Shown here: positions 13,087-26,744 of the stretch, one piece after another
How positions within the stretch are numbered: the first letter of the stretch is position 1
How the letters are laid out: each line of letters starts with the position of its first letter
Notes under the pieces: generated by a model
Seen by the model: the letters and a program-made list of their open reading frames with translations, nothing else
Database searches by the model: none
What the model was told of the DNA's origin: nothing
Assembly: GCA_002269645.1 (NCBI GenBank)
Contig: NIVC01001629.1
Coordinates: forward strand, 62,001 to 126,000
From: Macrostomum lignano
Taxonomy: Eukaryota
Direction of reading: 5' to 3'
Length of the DNA stretch: 64,000 nt
Translations under genes and position numbers: made by a program

Positions 13087-13421
13087 GGCTGAGGGAGGCA
13101 GGGCGGGGGTTGAGTGTGAGAAACCCGCAGCCAATGACAGGCCCGCTGTATAGTGCACAGGTAAAAAAACTGCCTGGCATTGAAATAGACAGACAGATCC
13201 TGCCCGAGTAACCTAGTGAAACTGTTCATGCGTTTGCACCAGACCAGATTCAAATCTTCTTTTGTCAACTGCACTTGCTAAAAACTGTTCGTTTGATGCA
13301 AGCTGTGGACTTTGCTTGGACTCAAGAATCAGACACGAAATCAAAGAGACAAATTGCAAAACTTAAACAAAGTCGTTTTTTGAGCTGAAATTGCTTACAG
13401 CAGAGTCAACGCGATTTCAGT

Positions 13422-13770
13422 TAACTGCAATCAATGACTCGCCAAAAACTGCAATTCAGACACTGCAATCAATTCAGACTTACCAAAACTGTAATTCAGA
13501 CACTGCAATCAATGACTCACCAAAACTGTAATTCAGACACTGCAATCAATGACTCACCAAAACTGTAATTCAGACACTGCAATCAATGACTCACCAAAAC
13601 TGTAATTCAGACACTGCAATCAATGACTCGCCAAAAACTGCAATTCAGACACTGCAATCAATGACTCACCAAAACTGTAATTCAGACACTGCAATCAATG
13701 ACTCACCAAAAACTGCAATTCAGACACTGCAATCAATGACTCACCAAAACTGCAATTCAGACACTGCAAT
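13422..13770. repeat. About 37-bp minisatellite (GACACTGCAATCAATGACTCACCAAAACTGTAATTCA) upstream of APEX2
   Basis: Direct inspection, about 9 copies. Confidence 0.93.
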
Positions 13771-14114
13771 TTCTAATTGTGCATTTTACATGTGGTGGGT
13801 CTGCTACTGCATCTTATCTCAGTCTACGCTTTGCTTGGCTTTCTCTTTGTCTATGCTTGCACTTTGACCTAACTAGGGCCCAGGCCCTATGCATATAATT
13901 GGTTTAATCATTGATAAGAAAATTTTTTTTGGAAACATTAATAATTGCTGCTCATAAACTCTTTATTTATTATACTCAAGTTATTATTGGTAATACATAG
14001 CTCCAAATTAAAAATTGGTTTAAGACTTAATGAGAAACCTTAAATCAAAAGAAAAAGATAGGAAAAACGATTATATTGAAATGATCTAAGAATAAAATTA
14101 TAAACTCAAACAAC

Positions 14115-15535
14115 AGAGTTTGGCAATCTTTTGTTTTACGATCCCCAAGCAGGTCCACTTTTGTATTACAATCTCTGTTAAAGAGTCAACAGGACACTCC
14201 AGTATATCAAAAAATTATGTTTCATATTTATTTTCCATTAAACTAACTTCCAAGTCAATTTAAATTGTCACTGCAAATCATAAAAATGTAGGCATAGCAT
14301 AGTTATAGAAGTGCATAATTTATATTCACTTTTGTCATACGATCATTTAAATGGTAAAATTATATGTAGAAGTGATTACAAGACAAAATGGAACTCACTT
14401 TTGTCTTTGATCACCCCACAATATAAAACATGTCCATTTAACTAGGCACTGGGGAGGGGGATTGTAAGACAAAACTGAGTGCCTAGAATTGGGTTGCAGT
14501 TTTTGGTGGCTTTGTGGATTTTGGTTTGTGGACATTATAGAGGCTGAAATTCCATAGTCCGGATCATGCTGGGTGCACGCCCAAACAAAAATTGAATAAT
14601 TACAGATGCACGCCGAAAAAAATGTAAGTGCACGCCCATTCTAAAAAAAACGCCAGTGTTGCAATAATAAATGACCTTTTTTATGTTGTGACAATACAAT
14701 ACCCTTTTTAAATTGCGTAATAGACCCTTATCACCAGATAATTTAGTTACTTTTTATGTTTTTTGGCAATATTATTTATAGCAGAAAATTTATACATGCA
14801 AAGATTTGTTTAACTGCTTTTTTACGAGCTTGAAAAACCCGGAAAGCTTGAAATTTGCACTTAAAATGAACTTTTTAATTCTTTTTTCAACTTTACAATA
14901 ACTCTTAGGCGTGATTCTATAAAGTGCACGCCAAGTGTGCGCGCATACTATTTTTTCAGGAGTGATGCACGCCAACTGTGCATGCCTAATTTTGGCATGC
15001 AAGGCCAATGCACACCCGAATTTTCGGGCATATACTACATGATCCGGAATGTGGCTGAAATTGTTCGTTTAATTGAAATGTTGATTATACCAACAATTTC
15101 CTTTCATTTTGAAATGATAACAAGAGCTGCAAAAACTGCAAACTGATTCTAGGTACCCACACCCCTCACTTTTGTCTTACAATCCCCCCAGTTAAATGGA
15201 AATATGCTTTATCCCTTTATATTGTAGGGTGATTGTAGGATGAAAGTGAGTTCAGTTTTGTCTTGCAATCACCTATAGATATACAATTTCACCATTTAAA
15301 TAATTGTAGGACAAAAGTGAATATAAGCTATGCGTTTCTACAAGATGCAAGATTTGATACTACAATAAAAATACGCTTAGAAGTGGTCCTATTTTAAAGT
15401 TTGATTTTAAGAGCAATTTTAACTTAACCTTTTCGTCTTCTATGGGGGATTGTGTAACGAAAGTCCCGTCCCGACTCCAAAAGGGACAGTGCTATGTGAT
15501 TGTAAAACGAAAGAATGCCCAAAGTTTTATGCAAG
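14115..15535. mobile_element. Old foldback-type (long inverted repeat) element, arms about 14115-14515 and 15130-15535
   Basis: Arms are diverged reverse complements, e.g. GGGGGATTGTAAGACAAAA at 14456 versus TTTTGTCTTACAATCCCCC at 15170, and TTTAAATGGTAAAATT versus AATTTCACCATTTAAA. Boundaries are approximate and no TSD was found. Confidence 0.7.
14558..15048. mobile_element. Possible MITE in the centre of the foldback (11-bp inverted ends TCCGGATCATG...CATGATCCGGA)
   Basis: Short perfect inverted termini plus five TGCACGCC copies clustered near both ends; no clear TSD. Confidence 0.45.
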
Positions 15536-16584
15536 TAGCTGCCTGGCAAAAATGACAAGGCATCGTCATTATGCAGCTAATTCACAATGTGAAATAAAAC
15601 GTTAGGCCTTTATGGCTTTATTACCCGGTATACTGGTACAACTAAAGTTGAAAGTTATATCCACTGTAATTTAAAAAAAACTAGTTTGACAAAGCACATA
15701 ATGTAGTTCCCACTTACACTCCCACACACCCACTTACACTTACACTCCGCCTACACTGTAAAAAAGACTTTTGGGCTGTACTATATTAAGTACAACTACA
15801 GGGTACACTTCATGAGTTTTCTTCTCTCTTGAATGATGGATTCTATGAAAGTAAGAAATTTAAATAATGCCTAAGCAAGCCTTGTAGTTGAAAAGTATTT
15901 TGTTTTAAAAATATTTTTACTAAAATTACTGAAGAATCATTCAAAAGCTATTTTTAGATTTCAGCCAGGAAACTCTTTATTATTATGTTATAGTTTGGCT
16001 TTGAAGCCAATTTCTTTTTTAAATTTAACAAACGCTTTCTATCTAGGGATGATTGATCGAGCTCTAGATTGATCATCCACGGTACGATAACAAAGTAGTA
16101 ATGATCGGACTCGATTTAAACATCAGAGAAAGTGTACCGCATACTGGGCCTAATCATCTCGATTTCTGTTTTATACTAATTGATTAAGATTTAAATCAGC
16201 ATCTGACTCTCTTGTCTCTCTGAATCTGACCAGTGCCGTGGCCTGTACCGCTATTTTGCACAGTCGCACTGACTGAACAGCTGAACCAAATCCAAATGCA
16301 AGATTTGTATTTGTAATTTGTCCTATGCTATTTAATAACTAAGGACATGTGAACGTTTCTCTAAGTCGATACTTTAAAATTGGTAGGCCTATCATTGAAC
16401 TAATTTTGCTAATTATTTAGTTTAGGCATTGTCTTTATCTTGAAGCTATTCTGGCTGTAACTGGACTCTTTGGAAGTAAAAAAACATGGCCAGATGGCCC
16501 AGGCGTTTAACATTGCTTGATGAATTTTCCTATTTTTTTATGAATTATCTTTTGACCTGACCCTTATTATTTATTACTATTAGA

Positions 16585-16964
16585 TAGAGGTCAGACGGGA
16601 TTGAAATCTTCGGTCGGGATCGGGAATAATTTTTTTCTCGGGATCGGGATCGGGAATTGGGATCAGGTCTTTTAGTGTATTGTCCATGTAAAGTTAAACA
16701 AAATTGAGAAAAGATTGTTGGATCAAGAAGTAAAACACAATGAAATTGATATAAAGTTTTGTAACCAACAAAGTAAATAATGTAACGAGTACAAGTTAAA
16801 GCAAAATACCTTCAAGTAGTCACTAACTCTATAAATTATTTAATCAAAAGACCTGTTCCCGAATCTCGAGTTTTTTAGGGTCGGGATTCTCGTCCCATGG
16901 GAATTCAATTTTCCTTGGGATCCCGAGATTTCGGGATCGGGATTGGGATCCCGTCCGACCTCTA
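16585..16964. mobile_element. hAT-superfamily MITE, 380 bp
   Basis: 17-bp TIRs TAGAGGTCAGACGGGAT / ATCCCGTCCGACCTCTA (one mismatch), exact 8-bp TSD CTATTAGA at 16577-16584 and 16965-16972, subterminal CGGGAT repeats. An 8-bp TSD with TAG-starting TIRs is typical of hAT. Confidence 0.88.
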
Positions 16965-19285
16965 CTATTAGACCCTAGCTTTTTAATAATATTATCCTTG
17001 ATAATCTTATAATTGTCAAAAGGGCTATTTTTTAGTATTAATATTATTGGTTTCAACCCACTTTGGCAAAAGAATTTGTGGCAAAAGTTAATAATGGCAA
17101 TAAATACTTTCGAAATGACCATTTCATCTAAAAGCTAACCATTTTAGCAAAAGATTTGTTCCAAGCTTTAGTGAAGAGTTTTTGTTGTTTTAGAAAAAAG
17201 TGAAAAAATGATTAACTTTATAAAGACTAATTTTATCTTCATGTTTTTTTCTGTGACAATTTTATTTAATTGTTTTATTAGGTGCCATTCCATTCTGTTT
17301 CAATTTCAAAATAGGCCTACAATTTGAAAAGTATAACTGATATCTTAAAAACCACATTGTCATCATTAGGGCATCCCTGATCAATCATTGCATATTGATA
17401 GATTGTATGTGCATAACATAGGCCTAGCTATGATCTAAGTCATGAGTTTTAAAATTATCAAACTGCAAACTAATTTTAATAAATAAATAAAAGCTTTAAT
17501 TACCAAATTGGTATATTTGCAATTATATAATATAAGTCATCAATCTTTTTGCCAAACTAGCCACTTTGTTTTGCTGAAATGTACATCTATTTTAACTAAA
17601 AATTCATTTTCACCAAAGCATCTTTTTGCCAAAAAAATTATTAATTAGAAATTGTATAAACTTTTATTATAGTTTAAGATGGATATTTTTTTGTTTTTTT
17701 GTTTTTTAATAGACATTAGGCCCTAACAGTAGCACAACAAGAAATTTTCCAATGGGAGGCAGCAGATTTTAGAAGGTAGGCCTAAAGACATAAGGAGGGA
17801 GGGTATAGAAGGTGGCTTTATATTTTGGCTAAAATTCACTTGACCCATTGATTTTTTTCTAGTCTTTATCTAAGAGAGCAATTGCCTATTGCCCCTCCCT
17901 TGAGTTTCGTAACTAGACATTAACCATGCTATTTTAGATTATACCTAAGTTAAAGCCATATGCTATTTCATAGATAATTCTTATATGCAACCCATATTCA
18001 AGGTATAACATTTGTGTGGGAATATATTTAACATATTTTTAGGTATGAACTAGGTACAAGGCTAAAGTACAAATTTGTATACCAAGTCATACATTCATTT
18101 ATTGACATATAAGTGTATACATAGTAGAGTACCAATATATAATAGCACTAAAAATCTAGTAAAATTCAGATTAAATCAAATTTGAAATAATAGATCAATT
18201 TTTGTTGCTTTTATAGGCCCTTTTAAATTTTAAAACTTTGTGTTTTATTTGAGCTCATTTTGAAAATTATCAAAAAATATTGACTAAAATTTATAGTAAA
18301 TAGTTTTTATTTCAATTATTCATTTAATTTACTAAGAAACAATTATCTAATTGATATGAATACATAAATTAGGCCTAAGTCTTGCAAAAAAGTATTTAAT
18401 TAAATGCATATTTCATGCAGATCATATTAATATAGATTATACATTTTAGGTGACCTCTTGTAACCCTTAATCTTTTTGATCAGCTTTTGTTATACACCAC
18501 TATGCTAACAATTTTTATTAGGCATTTGTACAACATATATGCCACTTTGCATACACTTTTTTGGTTATATGCACTAGAATTTTTTTAATATAGTGTATAC
18601 CTTGCTATGTGTGGTATATAATAAGGTATGGTATATATTTTTGGTATGTATTGCATTTATCATTATTTAGTATTATTATATACCATAGGAATTTTAGGGT
18701 TTGCCTAGTTTTATAAATCTCAATGGCAAAAAACCCAAGTCCTAATTTATTCCTAAATAATAGTTTATAAATCTGTATAATAAGAAGTACATCTACTATA
18801 TTTACTTAAAGAATATACATTTGTATAATAGAATTTTGTTTTAGAACTAGTTTTTTGTAATAAAAGTTTAAATTGTATTTTATGATTTTTAATCATAACT
18901 GCCTTGACACCTTTATAAGGTCTTAGATTTGTTTTTTATTCAAATTATCAATTCTATCATATAGAAAAATTTAGATAGTTGGATTCATCACCTATAGAAA
19001 GCCAATTTGAGTACTTAAAGCATAAAAATTCATTAAAATGATTTGCATATTTTGTTTCCATTTTGTTTGGTGATAGCCAGTTTGGCAAAATTCCAACACA
19101 AATACATCCATGAGCATCTGGTATAAAGGATTTAGTTTGACTTATCAACAACTATGGCCATTGACAAGTTTTATTTTTTAAGCTTATTTCACTTATATTT
19201 GTCTCCGCAGCTGTGTCCATCCGACTGCAGCACCTGCCAGCCACGCCAGCACCAGCCAGTCCATACTTGAGCCCCCGCCAGCGCC

Positions 19286-21193
19286 ATGAAGGTGTACTGC
19301 CTGGCCTGCCAGAAGCGCTGCAAAGGCGAGGTGCTCCGAGTCCAGGAGCAGTACATGCACCGCGACTGCTTCAAGTGTGCCGAGTGCTCAGCCGGCCTCG
19401 AACGCGGCGGCTTCTTCGTCCGGGACGCCAAGTTCTACTGCCCGGACGACTATCAGCGGCTGTTCGGCGTCAAGTGCCGCATCTGCGCCGGCTACGTTGT
19501 CGGCGAGGTGATCACCGCGCTGGGCAGCACCTTCCATCCCAGCTGCTTCCGCTGCCAGACCTGCCGAACCCCCTTCACCCCCGGCGACCGCGTCACCCTC
19601 TGGTCCAATGAGCTCTACCTGTGCAAGGCCTGCTCCCACCGGGAGCGCCTCAAGGACGAGGCCGCCTCCGACACCGACCCGGCCGGCGGACTGCGGGTGG
19701 GCACCGCCCCGCCCACCGCCGCCGCCGCCGCCGCCGTCACTGGCAACGGCGCCTTCGACGCCAACACGGACACCGGGTACACCACCGAGAGCACCGGGCA
19801 CGGCCTGCGCAGCCTGCCTCAGCACCAGCACTACCCGCCGCAGCACTATCACCACTACCACTACCTGGCCGATGGCAGCAGCATCAGGGGCGGCGGCCAC
19901 CACAGCCCTGGCAGCTTTTCCTGCCCGTCCGAGGCGTCCAGCAGCCGGCGGTCGCGCTGGGGCTCCCAGCTGGCCAGGTCCTACCTCACCCTGGAGCAGG
20001 AGGCCGAGCGCAAGCTGCACCCCAACGACCGCTACCACCGGCCCGCCAGCCCCTGCGCCGCCGTGGCCTCTTCAACCAGGTCGCCGAGTCCGCAGCCTCA
20101 GCATTTCCACCTGCCGATGCACCGGGACGGCAGCCGGCCCCGGTCGCGGGCGCACAGCCTCGCTTCGTCATCGCGCGGCGCCGGCACCCACCCCGGCTCC
20201 ATCGGGCCGCGCCGCCCAGCCAGCGTGGCCGGCGGCGGTCGGCCCCGGACGCCGCGGACGCCCAGCCCGGCGCTGTCGTTGGACCCGAACGAGGACCCGC
20301 TGCTGCTCAGCCACTACCCGGCCGGCTCCCGGCCCGACCTGGCCAAGCCGGCGCCAATCGAGCGGGACGACTGGCCCTGCCCGCCGCTGCCCGCCCTCCT
20401 GCTGGCCGAGCGGCAGCGCCAGCGCCGGCGAGAGGCTGAGGGGGCCGCCGCCAGCGCCGATGAGGCAGCCGCCGCCCAACAGCAGCCTGCCGCCTCGTCC
20501 AGGCGCGGCTTCCGCGACGGCAGCCGATCCCGGCGCGAGTTCGAATCCGGCCGGCTGGAGCTCGGCGGCCTCGGCTCCGCCCTGCTGCTCGGCCCGGACG
20601 ATCCGGTCAGCCCGCCGCCGCCGCCACCGTCCAGGGCCAGCCGGCTGCAGCGGATGCAGCAGCAGTTTCAGCAGACGCCGCGCCCGCAGCCGCAGTTGAC
20701 GGCATCCAGGCGGCCGCCCGTGCCTTCGCCGCAGGGATTCGTCAGCGTCGGCAATCGCGGCTACTCGCCTGCGGCCGTCCGCTCCAAGGCGGCCAGCCTG
20801 CCGCCGCCCGACCGCCGCCAGCAGGCGCAGGACCCGAGCCCAGCCGACGCCGCGGCCGCCGCCGCCCGCAGGGAGAGCCGCTACGCCAAGCTGCTCGCGG
20901 CCTCCGACGACGAGGACCTGCTGTCCTACCCCAACATCCTCGGCCTGCACGCCACCGGCGGGCCACTGCGGCTTCACCGCCCGGCGCCGCCTCCGCCGCG
21001 CCAGTTCGACTACGAGGCGCTGCGCCGCCATTCCGGCGCCAAGCAGCCGCCGCGCGGCGCCGATCCGACGCGGCTGGAGGCGCACCTCTCCGACGAGGAG
21101 TTCGTGCACGTCTTTGGAATGGAACGGCGCCATTTCCAGCGCCTCCCCGAGTGGCGCAGGAGCGACCTCAAGCGCAAAGCTGATTTGTTTTGA
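19286..21193 (+). CDS. Actin-binding LIM protein-like (abLIM/UNC-115 family): two LIM domains, dematin-like middle, villin headpiece; 635 aa; intronless CDS
   Basis: LIM1 [18 protein letters not shown] and LIM2 [18 protein letters not shown]; HFHLP and [13 protein letters not shown] segments as in the abLIM anchor region; C-terminal headpiece [32 protein letters not shown]. An in-frame stop at 19268 fixes the ATG. Confidence 0.93.
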   Translation: MKVYCLACQKRCKGEVLRVQEQYMHRDCFKCAECSAGLERGGFFVRDAKFYCPDDYQRLFGVKCRICAGYVVGEVITALGSTFHPSCFRCQTCRTPFTPGDRVTLWSNELYLCKACSHRERLKDEAASDTDPAGGLRVGTAPPTAAAAAAVTGNGAFDANTDTGYTTESTGHGLRSLPQHQHYPPQHYHHYHYLADGSSIRGGGHHSPGSFSCPSEASSSRRSRWGSQLARSYLTLEQEAERKLHPNDRYHRPASPCAAVASSTRSPSPQPQHFHLPMHRDGSRPRSRAHSLASSSRGAGTHPGSIGPRRPASVAGGGRPRTPRTPSPALSLDPNEDPLLLSHYPAGSRPDLAKPAPIERDDWPCPPLPALLLAERQRQRRREAEGAAASADEAAAAQQQPAASSRRGFRDGSRSRREFESGRLELGGLGSALLLGPDDPVSPPPPPPSRASRLQRMQQQFQQTPRPQPQLTASRRPPVPSPQGFVSVGNRGYSPAAVRSKAASLPPPDRRQQAQDPSPADAAAAAARRESRYAKLLAASDDEDLLSYPNILGLHATGGPLRLHRPAPPPPRQFDYEALRRHSGAKQPPRGADPTRLEAHLSDEEFVHVFGMERRHFQRLPEWRRSDLKRKADLF

Positions 21194-21232
21194 CACTCCT
21201 TTTCTTGAAGGTTCGGGTCTCGCTTCATCTCC

Positions 21233-21669
21233 GGGGTCAACTGAGGTCAGCTTAGCGAGAATCTTAATATTAGCCCTTAGCTCTGGGGTCAACTGAGGTC
21301 AGCTTAGTGAGAATCTTAATATTAGCCCTTAGCTCTGGGGTCAACTGAGGTCAGCTTAGCGAGAATCTTAACATTAGCCCTTGGCTCCGGGGTCAACTGA
21401 GGTCAGGTTAGTGAGAATCTTAACATAAACCCTTGGCTTCGGGGTCAACTGAGGTCAGGTTAGTGAGAATCTTAACATTAGCCCTTGGCTCCGGGGTCAA
21501 CTGAGGTCAGGTTAGTGAGAATCTTAACATTAGCCCTTGGCTTCGGGGTCAACTGAGGTCAGCTTAGCGAGAATCTTAACATTAGCCCTTGGCTCCGGGG
21601 TCAACTGAGGTCAGGTTAGTGAGAATCTTAACATAAACCCTTGGCTTCGGGGTCAACTGAGGTCAGCTT
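21233..21669. repeat. 52-bp minisatellite, 9 copies (last partial), starting 40 nt after the abLIM stop
   Basis: Unit starts at 21233, 21285, 21337, 21389, 21441, 21493, 21545, 21597 and 21649; the GGGGTCAACTGAGGTCAG core is invariant. Confidence 0.96.
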
Positions 21670-24412
21670 ATAGCTAAAACTACTTTGACCTTCAAACTTC
21701 CCCCAAGCTTGACAGTATTCTTGCACTAAAAAAGTTTGTCCTAAGTTCTTTCCAGGTTCATTATTCACCCGAAACCAATCAGCTGATGCCACCAGATGTT
21801 TTGTGGCCTTGCATCACTCAACGCTGTAGCAGTCTGTCAATCAGTCAATCAAAATTTACATTTAAGCGAGAATCAGCGCAAAATTTTATTTTTAGTTAAT
21901 ATTTCTTAATTACTTGCTGATGCTATTATATTTGCTGTTGTTGAATATTGCTAATTACTATTTGTAACTAATATGATTACTGCTAGCAATCCAGATTAAT
22001 TTGCAATCAATCATTTTTTCATTTTCATTTTTTATTGTTTTGATCTCGCTAGTAGAAATTATTTATTAAAGTTTTTCTCTGTTTGTGTTTTCTTTCCCGC
22101 TTGCTGCTGCTAGAAGAAAATATTTAGATTAGCAATTATCCAAATTTGCTCAAGCCAAGTCGAGCTGTCAGTCTGTGTTGTTCTCTAGATTATTAGATTA
22201 CTTCTATTTATTTATTTATTTGTTTATTCCGAGACAGAACGCTAATTTCAATTGTTGAAGCGTGTTGCCATAGCAACGGATTTTGATGATATTTTTTGTT
22301 ACCTCACAATCTGGTTGATCATTGCCCAGTCAGAAATTTCTATATATAATAATACATACTAACACTGGTCTACAAGTATTGCATTGAAGATTCTGTTTTA
22401 CTTCTGTGTGCGCTTCATCAGCTGACTGAAATTTATTTTATTCATTTTTAATATCCATAATAAAGTATTTGAAAGTTTGTTTGCAATCAGTTTAATATTA
22501 TTAAGCAAATAGGTTAATAAATATATGCGATGAAGAGCCGGCCATGCTGCAGTGCTGCAGTTCTATTATGGTAAAAGAAATTGCCAAACTTGTCTCCGCT
22601 GTGTGTGTGATTTATTATCATGACCACAACCCCCCCCCAATTTCTCTGGGAATGCAGAATCGCCAACCCCCCCACTGTCTGAGTGAGTGCTCACTCTCTG
22701 CTCAACCCGACTGCTGGATGAGGTGGCGGCTGACACTTGACTCGGCTGAGTAATTTCTTCCCGGCAATACTTATCATTATTATTTATTTTCTAGAATCCC
22801 CCCGAGGGCCGGTGCTCTCGTCGCCAGCTGCAGACTCATTTGGATTTTTATAAATCACGTTGTGCCCGCTTTCGCTCGTCGAGTATCGGAACTTAAAAGT
22901 GCAGAAAGGCGATGGGGAATGGAGGCTGGGCGATGAGTCAGCGGTCCAGTCAGTGCCGTCTCCTTCCCTTTAGAGAGACGTGGCCCGGTTGCTGGGAAGA
23001 GACTGGGGGTGGTGGGAGTTTTCTAGCGGGCCCCAGTCTGCGGTGGAAGTCGAGGCTGCTTGATTAGTGGCGGCTCCGGCAGCGTGTTTTCGGGATGGCG
23101 AAGGCCGGGGTGGCGGGGAGGTGCTGGGAGGCTGGCAGCAGTCTGGCAAATGTTGAGTGCTTTCAGATTACACTGGGCTCGTGGGCTGGTGCTGGAATAA
23201 TTGGGACCGGGGCGGGGGGGGGCTGAGCTGCGGCCCTCCATTCATCACCTCTGGAGCCCGCCTCCGTTCCTCCGTGGGAAGAAGTGATGGAGAGGCGTAG
23301 GGCGGGTGTCCAGCTTCACGCGCGACTGCACAGCAAGCAGCAGATTTATTTTCTATCGCACTTTCCCCCGATCGTCTGGGACAGCGCGGCCACCTGCTGA
23401 GCCGGGCTGATTAGCCGGGGTACATGAGACTGCGTGTCCGGCATCTGATCTCCCCGGTGCTGGGCACTGAGTCACTGCGTGCCCTGCCCCCAGAATGATT
23501 GGCAATGATTAATTTGCCAGCCTCTCCCCAACCGGTGCAAATTGGTAGGCGCGGTGACCTTGGGGGGAATTCGGAACTTTCTGGTGAAGTGCTGGCGGAC
23601 TCGATGCGGCAGGGGTTGAACTGTCTGGGGGTCGCGTATCGCTGCCCTTTGAATTCTTCCCCAAGAATGGGGATAATTTGTGTTCGCGCTGGCTTTTCGA
23701 GAGGTCCTCCTGTGCTGCGGGACTTGCCCGGGGCAAGGAGGCCTTGCGCCAGGGCCTTGGGGGTAGCGACTCCTCCAGTCCCAGCCAACTGCAGGCCGGG
23801 CTGCAGAAGTTTTCGATCCTTCATTGACCGACTTCTGATTTTATTGTGACATTTGGCAGGCCGCCTGCTTGTTTGGCACAAAATGAAACTTTGAGTCAAT
23901 GCTCACAAATTCGCCTTGCTGCCTTGGAGTAGAGTTGCCACTCCAAGGCCTGTTCTGGGTCTCCTTGGACAGGTAGGGAGAATTCATACTGTAAAAACAC
24001 ACATGAATGCGCCAGTTAGTGGGAGACTGACATCTGCTGTCCCCCTCTGCCCGGCCCTATCTGTTTCCCCCCCCCCCGGTTCTGCATCTCGGGGCAGCTG
24101 GGCCTGCGGCTGGAAAAGTTCAGCGCGGGAACCTCTTCACGCTTGCGGCAGCAGGCTAAGGTTTGAAATGGTGCGGCAATAAAATGCTTGAACTGGTTAA
24201 GCTGCGCTGCCTGTTGTTGAAACTGTAATTGCGACCCGGTCAGACTGCGTTAACAGCTTGTCATTAGCGGCGCCCTGTGCTGTGAAATTATGGCCTGATT
24301 AATGACTGCTGGAGAATTCTTCAAACTTGGAGACTGCTGAAGCTCGCGAATTGCTGGTGCAGATTCTCAGTTTATCCTTCAGGTCTCAGTGAGGATTAGC
24401 TCTCGTGTACCA

Positions 24413-24700
24413 GCGGCCCAGGCTCGATTCCGAGTGCAGCCACATTAATTTGGAGCTCAATTGGAATCTCGGCTTGGCTCTGCTCGTGCAATCGACGCCC
24501 TTGAGGGCCAACCCCCAAGGCACAGTGAAGTGTACATGCCTAACGATAAATAAAGTTGGGGCTGCTGTACACTCCTGTGTGAGTGTGTGCCTGAGCGTAT
24601 GACTGCGTTCGTATCCACGCGCTTGTGTGCCTGCTCAGGGGAGTCGGCGGAATGGGCAGCAATGCCTCTCGCCGTTGTGCGACAATGTCGCCTAAAGTGC
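24413..24700 (+). mobile_element. tRNA-derived SINE, copy 1 (head partly decayed)
   Basis: Collinear with 33620-33867, from GCGGCCCAGGCTCGATTCC to TAAAGTGC, apart from an extra segment of about 40 bp. Confidence 0.72.
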
Positions 24701-26115
24701 GACAGGGTGCACACAGGCCAGTTGTCCATTCTCGACGAGGCAATCGAGACAAATCTTAATGCCTACAGAAATATTTTGTTAATAAGATCGAAATGAGGAA
24801 GCCGATTTGCTGAAATAATTCTCGTTGAGAATCATGAGTTCGGAAAATGTCGGCCCTCAAAGCTTTGTTTACAAAGTTTCAGATCATCGGGTCAGCGCCA
24901 GCCCTTCGTGCCATGCCCGCAGTCATCAAAGCTCATTTCCGTTGGCCCACAATTCAGTCTCAATCTTTGCCCTTGGCTGAGTCACCTGCTAGAGAGTGAA
25001 CTTTTACTCAGACTTAGCGGCCCCCACCGGCTCACGCAGCCCCCCATTTCTCCCGCTCCCCATCCCCCCTGTCCGTCTCCCTCGCGCCGTCATCTCCTTT
25101 CTCTCTCTCGTTCCACTTATTTCTCAATCTCTTTCAATTCCGAATGCCGCTCGCCTCCGACGCTGCCGCAGCGTCTCAGCCTCTTCAGCTCCTCCTTCAC
25201 CCCCTGTCTCTCCCTGATCGGATTAGCCTCAGATTAATTTAGCTGGCCCACCCGTAGAACGGAGGCGGGGACGGAGCGAGCCGAAGAGCGACGCCAGGCG
25301 TACAAAAATATATCGAACTTGGACTTTATTTAAAAACTGTACACAGAGCTTAAAGCCTGTAGTCAGCGCGTTTATAATGCAATGTCCATAACAGCCATAA
25401 CTGAGCTTGTTTAAGCCCCAGGAACACCTGTTGCTGAGCTTTACAAGCCGCACTTGTCTGGCTTATCGGCGGTCATAAAGTTGCGGATTGAAGCTCGTGC
25501 GGCTTCGCGCCATTCTATATCGCTACCTGGGCCGCACTAGTCCAGAATTAATTAGCGCAAAAAACACTTGACTCTATGCATTCGGATTTGCAAATTTTAT
25601 GTTAATATGCGCTGGCCACGAGCCTTGCTATAGCGAGCCCCTTCCCCCTGACCACCCCAACCTGCTGGTTCTGAAGTTCTACGAATGAAGCAACTTTACT
25701 TTACCTACCGAGCTTGAAGCAGCCCGAGCGAGATCATGGCTTAATCCGCAGTTTGAAAATCGATCCCGGGGTTTTAGGATCGGCTTGCATATCTGGGGCT
25801 TGCATCGATACACCCCCATCGGCTCTGGCGGGGGGGGGGGCACGGACCCCCTCTGCGCGGATGTCAGAAGTTGGAATTCGGTTATGCGCAGGCAAAGATT
25901 TTCAAGCCTCTGTCTGTCTGCTGGGGCGGCAGGGCGAGCAGCCCCCCCCCCCCTTGAACCTTCGCTCCGTCTCTGCTGCCTGGCAACCGAATTCCGTCAC
26001 AGTAGGGGCGAAAAACATTTCTGAAGACATTCTAAACAGAGTTTGGTGAGCTGCTGCTGACAGCTGCGTGCTGTCTGCCCAAAGTTTGCACTGCCTGCTC
26101 TGCTAAATAAGCAGA

Positions 26116-26744
<629 letters not shown>

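Noticed and set aside
17728-17916. Possible decayed hAT-type MITE (CAGTAGCACAAC.. / ..TGCCCCTCCC)
   Set aside because: Ends do not form convincing inverted repeats and there is no TSD.
19388-21292. Overlapping and antisense ORFs up to 374 aa over the abLIM gene
   Set aside because: Shadow ORFs expected from very high GC3; only 19286-21193 has recognisable domains.
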